The notes: generated by a model not told the origin, from the sequence alone. Shown: positions 46,825 through 62,335, numbered from the stretch's first letter. The stretch is DNA of 64,000 nt from Salpingoeca rosetta (GCA_033442325.1 JAWQFM010000028.1:590149-654148), one strand, 5' to 3'. Numbers and translations: made by a program.

Positions 46825-49623
46825 ATGGCACGACGACCATCCGCATTCATGTTTGTTGACGCGGCAAACGAGGAGCAGCTCTTCACCATCGCCGCAGATC
46901 TGGCGCGGGCCTTTCGCGCCTTGCGCGTGCAAGTCCCACCAAATGCCGTCTACAAGATGGCAGAGCTGGTGGTTGTGTCGACGAGCGGCGCGCATCGCAC
47001 CTTTCACACCATGCAGCACCTGCTTGACGGTCTGCCAGAGGACGTTGAGAAGCGCCCACTCTCTTTCATCGCCGCCATCTTTCAAGACATTGTCCAGCTG
47101 AGGGCCGAGGGCGGCATTCCACCGTACCTGCTGCCGTTTCTGCACCGAGCACAAGCGTTCCCGCTGCCTCGCCAGTCTGACGTCGACAAGGACATGAGGC
47201 GATCGCGGAGCGCCACACCCGTGTACGGCCGGCCTGTCACGGAGCGCGGCTCGCTGTCTGCGCGCGGGTGCAACGGTGGCACGACCTTGCTCACCAGGCA
47301 ACACAGGTCGTCCTCTGATGTGTCGTTCGATGTCGTCGTGCAGCGGCTCGTCAGCAGACCGCAGCTTCTCCCACACCAAGGGCGCCTACAGCACAGACGA
47401 AACGCCCTCAGCAGCCCCGAGCACGTCCTCCTCATGGCTGGTGTCGACATGCGCCTTGACCGACAGGCAGAGTGGGCGCCTCTAATCAAGCGCCCACACA
47501 CGCCCCCGCCCCAACAACAGTCCCGCAAGCACGCACGCGACAGGGGACCAGGTGTGGCAGGTACCTCATCGCCCGCCAGGAGGGACAGCGGCTCCGCCAC
47601 AGCTCTCACCGGCGGGAACAGCAGTGCCACCAGCACATGCACCGCGAGCAGCGGGTGGTTCAGCAACGGCAGCGGCGACGCATTCGCGCGCGGGCAGCAC
47701 GTGGCCGGACCACGCGAGCCCAGCACCAGCACCACCACTACCATCATCGACTCTCGCAGAAGCTCCCTGGAAACGAGCGCGGGCCGGTTGCCGGTTGTTA
47801 GCACGCTTGTGCGCGCTCTATCGTGGTGGAGCAATGGCATCCGCCTGGACCACGATGACGACAGCGGCAATGACGGTGATCACGCCACCGCCAGTGACGA
47901 GCCCCGTCAGCACACGAAGGCACCAATGGCCTCCTGGCCCTCTGTGTCCTCCACGCGCGCGCGTCGTGCCGTGGCCCAGCGGATCTGCTACACGGTCTTC
48001 GGGCGCGAGGTGGGCGACACGCTTGCGTTTGACACCTCCGCGCCTGGCTTGAGCGAGTTTCTCAGCTGCGTCGTGGCCATGGACGTGCTTGCGCCCTGGC
48101 TCAACGAAGCACAGCTCCTGCACGTGTGCGCGTGCATCCAGGCCTCCATTCCCTTCCAGCGACCAGAGGCCAAGATGCGCCTGCTGGACAACTGCACGCG
48201 CGTGCTGGCAGACGAGCTGCCCCACTTTGAGGGCATTCCACGCACATTCCTCGCTCAGCACGCCAGTCAGGTTGTGCGCAGCGCGTGCCGTATGGCTGAA
48301 CGAGGCGTTGCCCATTACACTGCAAAGGACACGCGTGTCTTTCTTGCTGCCGTGTGGAGGGCGCTGCCGGAGCAGCACGCCGCCCTGCGCTACCCCGAAT
48401 CGTACACGCTCGACGACTGGGTGGCGGCGTTGGCGGCGCTGGTGCGCGGGTTTGAGCTCTTGACCGACGAGCCCCTTCGCATCCTCCCCCACTTCCCCAG
48501 CACTCGCTCGCCACACCATCGGCTGCGGACACCTGCACGTGCACCACCAGCAGCAACACTGACGTCCACGCCGCCAACAACACCACCAGTGCCGACAGCC
48601 GCGGTTGGAACGGGTGGTGCAACTACAGCAGCAGTCGCAGCTTCCGTTTCAACAACGAGACCTAGCAGACCTGGTTCCAAGGCGAATGCTACGAATGCTA
48701 CTCCGAACATCACTGGCAACGACAGGGGCGGAAGAAAAGGCAGCAAGAAGGGCACAAGCGCATGTGCGCACGCCACAGCACGACGAGCAACAGCATCACC
48801 TGCTCATCGTCATGCCAGCGGTGACGGTGATGACAGTGACGGTGGCGGCGATGCAGATGAGAGCTTGCGTGAGTCGCTGCTACGCGCCAACACCAACCTT
48901 GAGCGAGGCAGGGCGTATGTGGCGGCACGGCTGGTGACGGCGTGTGTCATGCACGCCGTGTTGTGCGACGCAGGCTTTGTTCTCGACGAAACGCCCGTGC
49001 GCGTGATTCTCCCAGGCGGGCTTGGCGGCCACCTCCCACAGCCCGACACAGCGACCGGTGGCGATGGGGATGGTGGCGATTGCAGTGGTGGTATTGGGAG
49101 AAGCGACAGAGCAGCGCCAGCAACCTCGCATTCCCGAGCCAGCAGCCACAACAGCACCCGCTATCATCGCGGTGTGTCGTGTGGCACGCGAACGCCCGTC
49201 AACAGATTGAGTGACGCAGAGGAGGAGCACGTGCGCGCCAGAACGGGCCACGGCGGCGGCGTTGAGAGAGGGGATGCGCATGGAAGTGGCGAGGAGGTGT
49301 GGTGTGCAGATGACACGTGGGAGACGAACGACTGTGTGGTGCGGCTGCTGCAATATGGGTTTGAGGACAGCTGCCTTGACGGGCGTGACAAGACGGCGTG
49401 CGAGGCGTCACTCTGCCTGTTCCGCATGATGGTTGGTGGTGGTGGCGCCCGTGGTGGCCACCCCTCATCGTTTGAGCGCTGCGTGCAACTCAGTCTCTCG
49501 TACGCGCGGAAGCGACTGGATGCACAGCTGTACCTGCGCTGTCTGCCGCTATCTGTTGTCACCTTTGTGGGCACCCGCATCCTGCACAGGGCCCTCACAG
49601 ACGGAAACATGTGGATGTACTGA
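46825..49623 (+). CDS. Intronless 932-aa protein resembling a bacterial (cyanobacterial-type) HD-superfamily hypothetical family; metal-binding residues degenerate
   Basis: Blocks SGAHRTFHTMQHLL...IAAIFQDIVQ; VFG...GLSEFLSCVVA...CACIQASIPF; RMAERGVAHY...FLAAVWRALPE...YTL correspond to the recalled family pattern R.FH...H...AALFHD.VY / NEFLSA / ACIEATIPF / ANRDV / NTW.LLPE. They are separated by low-complexity insertions. Confidence 0.7.
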   Translation: MARRPSAFMFVDAANEEQLFTIAADLARAFRALRVQVPPNAVYKMAELVVVSTSGAHRTFHTMQHLLDGLPEDVEKRPLSFIAAIFQDIVQLRAEGGIPPYLLPFLHRAQAFPLPRQSDVDKDMRRSRSATPVYGRPVTERGSLSARGCNGGTTLLTRQHRSSSDVSFDVVVQRLVSRPQLLPHQGRLQHRRNALSSPEHVLLMAGVDMRLDRQAEWAPLIKRPHTPPPQQQSRKHARDRGPGVAGTSSPARRDSGSATALTGGNSSATSTCTASSGWFSNGSGDAFARGQHVAGPREPSTSTTTTIIDSRRSSLETSAGRLPVVSTLVRALSWWSNGIRLDHDDDSGNDGDHATASDEPRQHTKAPMASWPSVSSTRARRAVAQRICYTVFGREVGDTLAFDTSAPGLSEFLSCVVAMDVLAPWLNEAQLLHVCACIQASIPFQRPEAKMRLLDNCTRVLADELPHFEGIPRTFLAQHASQVVRSACRMAERGVAHYTAKDTRVFLAAVWRALPEQHAALRYPESYTLDDWVAALAALVRGFELLTDEPLRILPHFPSTRSPHHRLRTPARAPPAATLTSTPPTTPPVPTAAVGTGGATTAAVAASVSTTRPSRPGSKANATNATPNITGNDRGGRKGSKKGTSACAHATARRATASPAHRHASGDGDDSDGGGDADESLRESLLRANTNLERGRAYVAARLVTACVMHAVLCDAGFVLDETPVRVILPGGLGGHLPQPDTATGGDGDGGDCSGGIGRSDRAAPATSHSRASSHNSTRYHRGVSCGTRTPVNRLSDAEEEHVRARTGHGGGVERGDAHGSGEEVWCADDTWETNDCVVRLLQYGFEDSCLDGRDKTACEASLCLFRMMVGGGGARGGHPSSFERCVQLSLSYARKRLDAQLYLRCLPLSVVTFVGTRILHRALTDGNMWMY

Positions 49624-49704
49624 TTGTGCTGAAGAGAGACTGTGTGTGAGTGTGTGAGTGAATGAGACGCATAGAGAGAGAATGTGTGTGTGTGCGTGTG
49701 TGTG

Positions 49705-49794
<90 letters not shown>

Positions 49795-50376
49795 CGCGAG
49801 CGATGCAACAAAGGGCTTGCGTCGCATGGCATGGCTGCACGGGGCCCATGCATTCATGAGTAAGAGAGGTTCAATTTAGACTGTCAAAGACCAGATAAAC
49901 GATTGCGTGTCAGCATGGAGGAAAGCAGGAAGGAAACAGAGAGAATGGAAGGGAGAGAGGCAAGCGAATGGAGAGAGAACAGGAATTCGGAAGAGGGGCA
50001 AGGGGAAGGGAAGATGGGGCCACGTACAACATCGGTGAGAAGAGAAACACAACTCGAACTCGATCAGCACATGGCAAGAAAACAAGTTGGTGGGAGGCTA
50101 GGGGCGATAATGGCGTGAAGCGCCGTGAATGATGGCATGTTGCCTGACTAAAGAGAGAGGCAACAACACCACCTGTTGATGAACAAGAGAGAGGGGTTGT
50201 TTGTTAACGAATGGGTCAGCAGCACAACGCAACAACAACGGCAGTGAAAGCGGAAGAGAAGCAAGCCTGGAAAAAACGGAACAGCGTGAACAAATCGTGT
50301 ACCAGCGCGCCTCACGCACTCACACACAGTGAAAGAAGCAGCAATAGGAGCCACAGCCCGCAGCAAGCAGCAACCG

Positions 50377-51312
50377 CTACGTTTGCTGCCGCTGTTGTTG
50401 GCTCTGGGCGTGTGGCTGATTGAAGTGTGCAGTGAGCGAGACGACAACGGGTCTGTGATCGCTCAAGTCAAAGTCCTCTGGCCATGCCTAATGGGTGGCA
50501 GGGCAGAAGAGGGATGGAGGTGTCGGTATCGGTGGGTGAGGACGGTATCTTCAGTGTTGACAGGAAGAGGGGCAGAAGGACAGAGAGACACGGACGAGAA
50601 GCAGACGAGAGGCAGACGCACACACACACACACACACACACACACCTGGTCTGGGTAGAGCTGGGGCAGGGCATACGCTGCATCGCTGGTAAACGCGCCG
50701 TCATCGCTGCGCATAAACACAAAGTCAACACCAACATCCTCGCCTTGGACGTGTATGTGAATGCGTGTGTGCATGTGTGTGTGTGAATGCGTGTGTGTGT
50801 GTGTGTGTGTTGAGCAAGGAGAAATATTGTGAGTGTTGCGTTCGACATGCATGTGCGTGTGCAAACACGAGGTAGCACGCAGGCACAGGGGGCACGATCA
50901 CGACCACTCCCACTCCAACTCTTGGAGCAGAAGCACCTTTGTGTGTTCTGTGTGTGACGGAGAGCTCGCGATCGTGGACGGCGTGGAAGAGCGATTCGTA
51001 TCCGCAGCTGTGCGCGAGAGAGAATTTGAGGGGGTGCAGGTGTGAGCATACATCAAGCAGTGTACAGGCCGAGAGGAAGAGAGGCGGAGAGGGACCGAGG
51101 GAGAGAGGGAGAAAACACACACACACACACAGAGGCAGACACACAGACACACAGACACACAGACACACAGACACACACAGACAGAAAGAGAGACACACAT
51201 ACAGACAGGCACACACACACACACACACACACACACCACAGACACAGACACAGACATACAGACACAGACACACACCACAGTCACAGTCACATACAGACAG
51301 ACATACATACAT

Positions 51313-51351
<39 letters not shown>

Positions 51352-52338
51352 CGCAAACCCACACCTGATGAGGTGGGCGCAGGAGCGGGAGTTGACGTTG
51401 CCGTTGAAGTCGCCCGTCAAGACACTCGTGCCGACGCCTTGCTCCCGCGCAAAGTCTTGCACGCTCGTCGCCAGCACGCGGGCCTGCTGCAGCCGCGCCT
51501 CGTGCTCCTGCTGCGTGTGCGGGAAGGAGAAGTGCGTGTTGGCCAAGATGAGGTCGACGCTGCCGTCGCCGGCGGGGCACGGCTGGTGCGGGACGGCGGC
51601 GATGTCGGCATCATTGGTGTTGTCGAGCGCCTCGGCATGGGTACCGCGGATCAGGTACGGGGCAATGGGCGTTGGCGTGGACCCGCGCACGCGGAGGTGT
51701 AGCAGGAGCGCCACGCGCATGCCGCTGTCATCAAAGTGGAGCCGGCGCGTGCCCACCACCTGGATGTGGTTGCGCACGAACACGACCACGCCGTCGTCGC
51801 GCCCCTTGGGTCGCTGCAAGCAGTGCACGTGGTACCCGGAGCCGAGCGCCGCCATGTACATGGACTGCACGTCGTGGTGGAACCAGAACTCTTGCAGGGC
51901 AATGACGTCCAAGTCGCGCTGTTCCCGCAGCATGCGCAGGATGGCTGCGTTTCTGGGGCGGTACAGCGAGGGAAAGTCGCTCTCGCGCAGCTGCGTGGAA
52001 GGCAGGCGCTTGTAGCACGGCGCAAGCACGTTGAACGTGGCTATGCGCAGCTCACACGACGTTGCCGGCCCTTTACTTGCATGAGCACGCGCACCAGCAT
52101 CGCCAGCACGTATTCTTTGTGCCTGTTGCAACGTGTCGGTGCCGGCGTGGTGCGAAGAGCCGCCGTCGCCTGGCTGTTGTGGCTGCTGCTCGTGCTGTTG
52201 CAGCGTGGTTCCTCGGGATGGGTGAAGGGCGCGGGCACCGAGCAGGGAGGCACCAGCTCGCTGGGACAGCCGGCCAAACCGTGTCGGCAGCTGGTGTCCG
52301 CATCGACTCCACGTCGCAGCAGCCAACAGCACCACCAT
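50377..52338 (-). CDS. Endonuclease/exonuclease/phosphatase (EEP) family protein with probable mitochondrial presequence; 4 exons
   Basis: ATG 52338; IATFNVLAPCYKR; DVIALQEFW; ANTHF; VLTGDFNG; VTHRTHK|GEDVGVDFVF; AWPEDFDLSDHRPV; TAG at 50377-50379. The N-terminus is Arg/Ala/Leu-rich and lacks acidic residues. Confidence 0.9.
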
Positions 52339-52667
52339 GTGTGCAGGCGGAGGTGATTGACGACCTGAAGAGGGCGAGCAAGCACGCAGAGAGGGAAAGG
52401 AAGGCAGGCAGCAAGGAAGGAGGACACAGCTCCACACGGGTTGATGTTTTGTTTTGCTGTTGTGCCGGAATTGTCGATTGTTCTTGAATGATTTGAGTAG
52501 AATTTCAGCAAGCACTGGATGTTGAGGAGAGGGTGACGCACCAACAACACCAACCTTCTTGTCTCTGCCGGTGCTGCGGATCGCGACTGGGCCCCAACCG
52601 AACGAGCAGAGCAGAGGCAGGCACATCCACAGCTAGAGAGATATAGACGCAGCGTGGTGCCTGGATC
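52339..52667. promoter_or_regulatory. Probable bidirectional promoter (EEP gene / MED18)
   Basis: About 330 bp between divergent start codons. Positional inference only. Confidence 0.35.
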
Positions 52668-54318
<1,651 letters not shown>

Positions 54319-54339
54319 TGCAAGATGGTGGTGGCGGTG

Positions 54340-54442
<103 letters not shown>

Positions 54443-54542
54443 NNNNNNNNNNNNNNNNNNNNNNNNNNNNNNNNNNNNNNNNNNNNNNNNNNNNNNNNNN
54501 NNNNNNNNNNNNNNNNNNNNNNNNNNNNNNNNNNNNNNNNNN
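54443..54542. other. Assembly gap (100 N)
   Basis: Run of N. Confidence 1.
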
Positions 54543-54754
54543 TCCGCTTTCCATTCAACGGCTGTACCACCATCTATACGATTATTGTATCGATGGTTTG
54601 CAGGAGCTTTTGATTTTCTTCACACAATTACTCCAATCTTGCACTCAAACCATCACATTTAAAGCAAAAGGGCGAGGCACTATAGAGAGTATCTCACTAA
54701 AAGAAACAATATGCATGATGTGAGTATGCTCTGTGTCTGTCTGTCTATGAAAAA

Positions 54755-54797
<43 letters not shown>

Positions 54798-55480
54798 CGT
54801 GCGTCCATTATCTAGCCACACACACACACTCCCTTTTCTCCCTTTTCTCCCTCTTCCCCCCCCCCCCTTCTCTGCCTGCCTTTCCGCGAAAGCAAGGCTG
54901 AATGTACCAGCCATATAAGATGTCAAGCGATGCTCACCACTCGCGCAGTCGTTTCCTGTACTCCAAGCAAGATGAAGCCACTAAGAAGAGAGTGAGGGGG
55001 AGAGGAGGGAGAGACGTGACATGGGCACGTGGGATGGAGTTGCTTACAACAAAGCGAGGCCACAACAACAGCTACAGCAGCAGCAGCCAGGAAGAGAGCA
55101 AGGGGAGGAAAGACACACGTGACGAGCAGCTGGGCAGGTGCGTGTACACCACAACGGATATGTACAAGGTGGTGGCAAGCGGCGCACTACTGCCATGCAT
55201 TGGGCTGGTCAGGGCAAACAAAACACGTGGCAGATGGCAGCGCATGCACCGCTCGTCACAAGAAGGGGCAGCTTCGGAGGGGGGTGGGGGAGGCTCGACA
55301 CTACATGCCACAGTCTCACGGCAGACGGCCACAGAGAGACAGAGGGGCACAGAGACAGAGACAGAGACAGAGAAGAGAGACAGACAGACAATCACGGAGA
55401 GACAGAGAGACAGACAGACAGTACCACACAATCACAGGCACACAGATACACAGGTAGACACACGAACAGACACACACACG

Positions 55481-56243
<763 letters not shown>

Positions 56244-56704
56244 CGTCGTTGTTGTTGCTGCGCGCGTGTGTGTGTGCGTGGATTTGTGGCATGTTGTTGT
56301 CATCATGTCATCTGCATCCTCATCATTCTTTTCTTCTCTCTCTTTCTTCCCTGTGCTGTTGTCACATCACACTGATGATGGTGTTGGCGTTGGTGGTATG
56401 TATGTACAGTGTCGTCGTGAACAAGGAGGGAGGGGAGGGGATGATAAGCAGGGCGGGGGGGGGGAGAGTCGATACAAACAGGCGCTAGCAGCGCGCAACC
56501 CCGAATAGGAATTCCTAATTGATGTGATCATGCATGCAACAGAACACGAACAGAGGTACAGTGCTGCACGTACACGCAAGGTCGTGGTGCGACACAGACA
56601 CACAGACACACAGACACAGACACAGACACAGACACAGACACAGACACATACACACAGACACACAACCACAAACACACACACACACACACACACATCAGAC
56701 TACA

Positions 56705-58236
56705 CTACACGGTTGATTCGTAACGCGAGTGTGGGACGCGTCGCGGTGAGCGGGCAACACCATTACCACCGCCATGACCACGACCACGCACACGACCGCC
56801 AACACCGCCAACATCGCTGCGAGCAGAGGTGTAGAACCCACCACCACCACCAACACCACCAACAGCGCTGCTTCCAGGACTGAACACACCGCCGCCGCCG
56901 CTGCTGCTGGCAACGCTGCCCATATCCGCCATGTCACCGACATCGGCGACGGTCGACGAGCCCGCATCGCTCCCCATCATCGCCATCATCGCCTCGGCCT
57001 CGCTCGCATCAATGCTTGGCAGCGGGGCCAGCAGCTTGTCCCGCGTCCCTCCGGCTGTTGTCGACGACGAGGAGGAGGAGAAGGTTGCGACCCCCTCACT
57101 GTGGCCGTGGCCGGGCAGCGTGTGGTGGTTGAAGCTCACCGTGCTGCCACTGCTGCTGCCAGGCACGCTGCGTGTGCCCGTGTGCCCATTGCCACTGTTA
57201 CCGCTGAAGCTGGTGCTATTCGCCTTTGCGCTGGCGTTGGTCGCTGTGAGCGCGGCCTCGGACCGCCCACGCCGCGTGGACGTCATGAGCTCGCGGTGGG
57301 CGTTGAACGACGGCGCAGACGTGCGTGTGCGGCGGCGGAACGAGCGGAAGAGGGACGAGCCTTGCCGACGCACGGGGCTGCCGCTGCCGTTGGCGTTGGC
57401 GGTGCCGCTGCCATGGCCGCTCTCGTTGAGTGTGGGGTGCACGGGCTTGCGGTGGAGCTCAAATCTGCCGTCGGGTGAGGAGATGGTGAGGAGGTGGCAG
57501 GAGTGGTGAGGGGGTGAGGGGGTGAGGTACAGCGGGGACCAAGTGGCAGAGCAGAGTGATGGTTGGACTGAAAGGGAGTGATTTGGCCAGGAGGCAAGTA
57601 AAATATGTGCGACGTGTGGTGGGCGGGCGTGAACCAACACAGACAGAAAACTAAACACACACAGACACACAGACACACACAGACACAGACATACAGGCAG
57701 GCACACAGACACAGACTCAGACTCACATACAGTCATACAGGCACATACAGACAGACAGACAGACACACACACACTCACACACACACACACATGGACACGC
57801 ACCTTCTGTTCTCCTCGCCGTACCAGTCTGCAAACAATACGGGGCACACATCCGGCTCAAGAGTCTGCGCACCATGGAAGTGAGCGTGCGAGCGAGTGAG
57901 CATTCGATGCACAAAGCATGTGACGCAGCGCAGCCGGCTAGAGCGGGTGACAATCGCAAAGCGGCGATGCAGCTGCGACTTCCACATGTTCACATGCTCG
58001 TTGGGCATACGTACAATGGTATGTTCTGTTCGACTGCCAAAGATTTTGGATAGGGATCCTTGCCGCTTGACCTTGCCAGTCTTCTCGTCAACGAGGATGG
58101 AGCGCAGCTCAAATTCAGACGGATCGCTCGGCTCACCATATCGCTCCAGCACCTGGGCAATGACCTGCAACAGCAACCGGGAGTGTGAGTGAGTGAGTGA
58201 GTGAGTGAGTGAGTGAGTGAGTGAGTGAGTGAGTGT

Positions 58237-58294
<58 letters not shown>

Positions 58295-58385
58295 TGTGGG
58301 CGAGCGGAAGCAGAAAGGCAGAGCAAGTGCTTGGAGCAAGCATTTGCACGGTCCGATTCGACGGACGCTGTGAGCACCCACCCAC

Positions 58386-58466
<81 letters not shown>

Positions 58467-58673
58467 GACGACACCATCACATCAGTGATGGGTTGCACGA
58501 ACCTCCGAGGCGGTTGTGTCTTCGCGGGCGAGGATGCTCTTGTACTCGGCGCCAGGGCTGAGCAGGGCGGAGCCGCCATACACGCGCAGCCCAACGGCCA
58601 CCTCCGATCGTCCGCCAACCTTCATGCCGGGGCTCGACATGCTCTTCTGTGAGAACACAGGAAGGTCCGACAT
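56705..58673 (-). CDS. Ras-association (RA) domain protein (RADIL/RASIP1/afadin-type RA) with S/G-rich tail; 4 exons
   Basis: [29 protein letters not shown]|[10 protein letters not shown]...EFEL...|[19 protein letters not shown]|RFELHRK follows the RA pattern LK.FG...G..YKS.LA....T..E.V..ALERYG...L...E.PL....W...RFEL. Confidence 0.8.
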
Positions 58674-59219
58674 CGTGCCGTCCGGGTGTGTTGGATGTCG
58701 GTGCGTGCGTGGGTGCGTGGGTGTTGTGTTGTGTGCGCGACCTGCTCCCTTGCTTGGAATCGCAGTCCTTGCCGTGCTTCCCTCTCTCTTCACCGACTTC
58801 TTCGTCTGTGCGCGCGAGGAATGAAACCTGCTAGTAGCGTGTCTGCTTGCTTGCTGCCTGCCTTCTCGCTGCTTGCACTCCCTCACCTGCCTGTCACGCC
58901 TTCGCACCTCACCCCCTCGCTTCAAATCACAGCGGTCTTCGTCTTTGGCGTCTTTGTTCGAGAGGGCCTTCAGAGTGCGCACTAAATGTATGTTTCGCAC
59001 AAGAATTCAAAGCAAACAGCCGTCTATCCACCGCATTTGATGCCAAGGCGAGCGGAAAGCCGGACGTTGCTGCTGCTGTTGTTGTTGGTTGCTGGTTGTG
59101 CAGTGTGGCTGGTGCTGACGACGACCTTGGAGGGCAGTGAGGAGGCACACAAAGCGAAGGCAAGGGCGCAGACACACGTACGCGTCCTCACAAGGGGGCA
59201 GGGAGAGAGGGGTTGCACG

Positions 59220-60578
59220 ATGAGCCGCTGGTCCTTGCCAGAGCGCTGGCTGCTTTGCCCTCGCTTGGGCACCGTCGTCGCAGACGGTGAGTTCAGTTGC
59301 GCGCCATTACTGTGTGTGTGTGTGTGTGTGTTTGTGTGTGCGTGGTTGTGTGTGTGGTTGTGTGTGTGGTTGCGTGTGTGGTTGCGTGTGTGCATGGCTG
59401 CGTGCGTGTGTATGTGTGTGTATGCGTATGCACAGGCTATTGCAATGACGTGCCTCTGCTTCGCTCGCCTTGACCTTTGCAGATGTTAAGTTTGTGCCGA
59501 TGAAGACCATGCTGGATTCGCGGTACGACAGCCAGATTCCAGAAGAATACAGATGGACGCCAGAGATGTTGGCTGCTCGCCACCCAAGTCAGTGCCCTTG
59601 TGTGCACTACATGATTGCCACAGGGCGAGAGGTGGCGGGGACAACGAAGGCGATCTACATTGCAGTGCTTGATGTGTTGTGAATTGATGTGTGCGTGCGT
59701 GCGTGGGTATTTGATGCGCATTTGATGCGTATTTGATAAGTGTGTGTGTGTGCGTGTGTGCGTGTGTGTGTGTGTGTGCGTGTGCATGTGACGTCTCAAC
59801 TTGCATGGACTTGTGCACATATGCGCAGATCTGGGCATGGTGATTGACTTGACAAAGAGCAGTCGATACTACGATCCTCGCTTGCTTCCAAAACACATCC
59901 TCCACCACAAGATCCAGTGTGCAGGGTATGTATGCGTTGCGTGTATGAGTTGTGTGCGTGTGTTGGTGTGTGTATGAGTTGTGTGTGCGCTTGTGCGTTT
60001 TGTGTGCATGTGTGGAAGAATATGCGCGCCTTCTCTGCTCATGCCCAAGCCCATGTTTCCACGCACATGCGTTGCACTGTCGTGGACACGCAGGCGAGGG
60101 TCTACGCCAACACCACAGCAGGTGTCCACGTTCATCGCCGTCTGCAACATGTTCTGGGCCAAACACCCAGACAAGGTCATCGGTGAGTATTGTGTTTGTG
60201 CATGTTTGAGTGCGGGTATGCTGTGTGCGTGTATGATGTGTGCGCATGCGTGTGTGCGTGTGCGTGTGCGCGTGTGTGCGTGTGCGTGTGCGTGTGTGCA
60301 TGTGTGTGTGTGAACTGCGCTGCACAGATGGCAGAGTTCCCGCTGACGGCCCTCTCAACAACCTGGCTTGCATCGCTGTTATCTTGCACACTTGCACAGG
60401 CGTGCACTGTACGCACGGCTTCAACCGCACCGGGTTTATGATCATTGCGTACATGTGCCAGCAGCTCGACTACCAGACGGAGATGGCAATGCACCTCTTC
60501 AAACAGTCCCGCCCGCCAGGCATCTACAAGTGCGCTGCACGTGGGCATGCGTGGAGATGTGTTTTGTGTGTGTGTGTG

Positions 60579-60632
<54 letters not shown>

Positions 60633-60857
60633 ATGCTGCATATGGCCCCCGGAATGTATTTTATATTGGAACCCAATATGACTCAGTTCTGTTATCCGCA
60701 TGAACTCATCTTAACAATACTCACTAAATGTGAAGAATCTCGCTTCTTTGAGGTAGACAACGTTATTACGGCGTTACAGCAACTGGGAACACGAATCACT
60801 AGGCCGCAACTACGAGGATGGTAGGTCCTGCGCTTACAATTCTTTTGTCTCAAAACT

Positions 60858-60928
<71 letters not shown>

Positions 60929-62220
60929 CCTTCCCCCCCGTCTCCCCTCCCCTTGACTCTCCCCTTGACTCTCCTTGTCTCTGTAGCTCAACAATACCCG
61001 CAACCCCATCCCACAACACAACCGCCATCACCTCATACACAGGAACCACTACATTGAAGATATCTTTGCACGATTCGATGGGGATTCAAGCGGTTTCCTC
61101 CCCGCCGTCCTGCCAGACTGGTCCCTCCCAAACGCAGGTCTGGCCAGCGTGGTGGTGGTGATGTTTTGTTGGGGTGGTGGTTGGGGTGGTGGTTGTTTCA
61201 CTTGTTTCACTTGTTTGATGCCTCGATTGTAGCACGTTGACACATGCCCTATCCATACCTACTTCACACCACCACCACCACCACCACCACCACCGCCACC
61301 ACCACCACCGGCATCAGAGCTGCACATGCACCTGACTGCTGCCATTGATCTTCTCCGCTCAACGCCGCCGCCAATCACCGGTGCAAAGCTCAAGGTGCCA
61401 TTCTTGTTGCGCCGTGACTGTGACTGTGTGCGGGAGAGTGTGACTGTGAGTGAGGTTGGAGATGTGTGTGTGCGTGTGTGTGCGTGTGAGAGAGAGTGTG
61501 CGTGTGCGTGTGCGTGAGAGAGTGTGTGTGTGCGTGAGGGAGAGAGTGTGAGAGAGATTGTGTGTGTGCGTGTGCGTGCGTGTGTGTTTGTGTTTGTGTG
61601 CGCGTGCACGTGCTTGCATAATTTGACTTACCCTCCTTCTCTCCTTCTCTGTCCCTCTGTCCCTCTGTCCCGCTCCCCCTCGTGCTGTTGCTCTCCTCCT
61701 CATACCCCTCTTGTCGCTTGCCCCAACATCGTGACCCGGCCACCAGGAGTTGTGTGATATCTGCAATGCCGCTCTCAGCGTCGCTGAAGACGACACAATC
61801 GTGCTCGTACGTCGAGAACGTGATGTGGGCTGTGGAGTGTTGTTGTTGCTGTGCGCGTGCGTGAAGGCGCATGTACGTGATGGTACTGTTTGTGTGCAAG
61901 CGGCCACACCTCCGCGCGTGCTGTGACCGGGTACAATCGATTCAAACGGTTCAATATTCGATTGTCGCCAGCGCTATCATCATGATCATCATCATCATCA
62001 CCCTCGCTATTGTTATCATCATACACTGCTGCTGTAGATTCTGCGCGCACACGGCTGGACTGGGCTCACCTTCGCCGGCGACAAGGTGGCGTGATGGTGA
62101 AGGCGATGGCGGCAGCCGTGGTACTGGTGGTGCGTGTATTGATGTGCGTGTACATGAGGATTGCAGACATCAGACACACACACGCGAACACACACACACA
62201 CACGCACACACACACACACG

Positions 62221-62252
<32 letters not shown>

Positions 62253-62304
62253 CGTATACACACACGCACACACACACACACACACGCACACACGTATACA
62301 CGCA

Positions 62305-62335
<31 letters not shown>

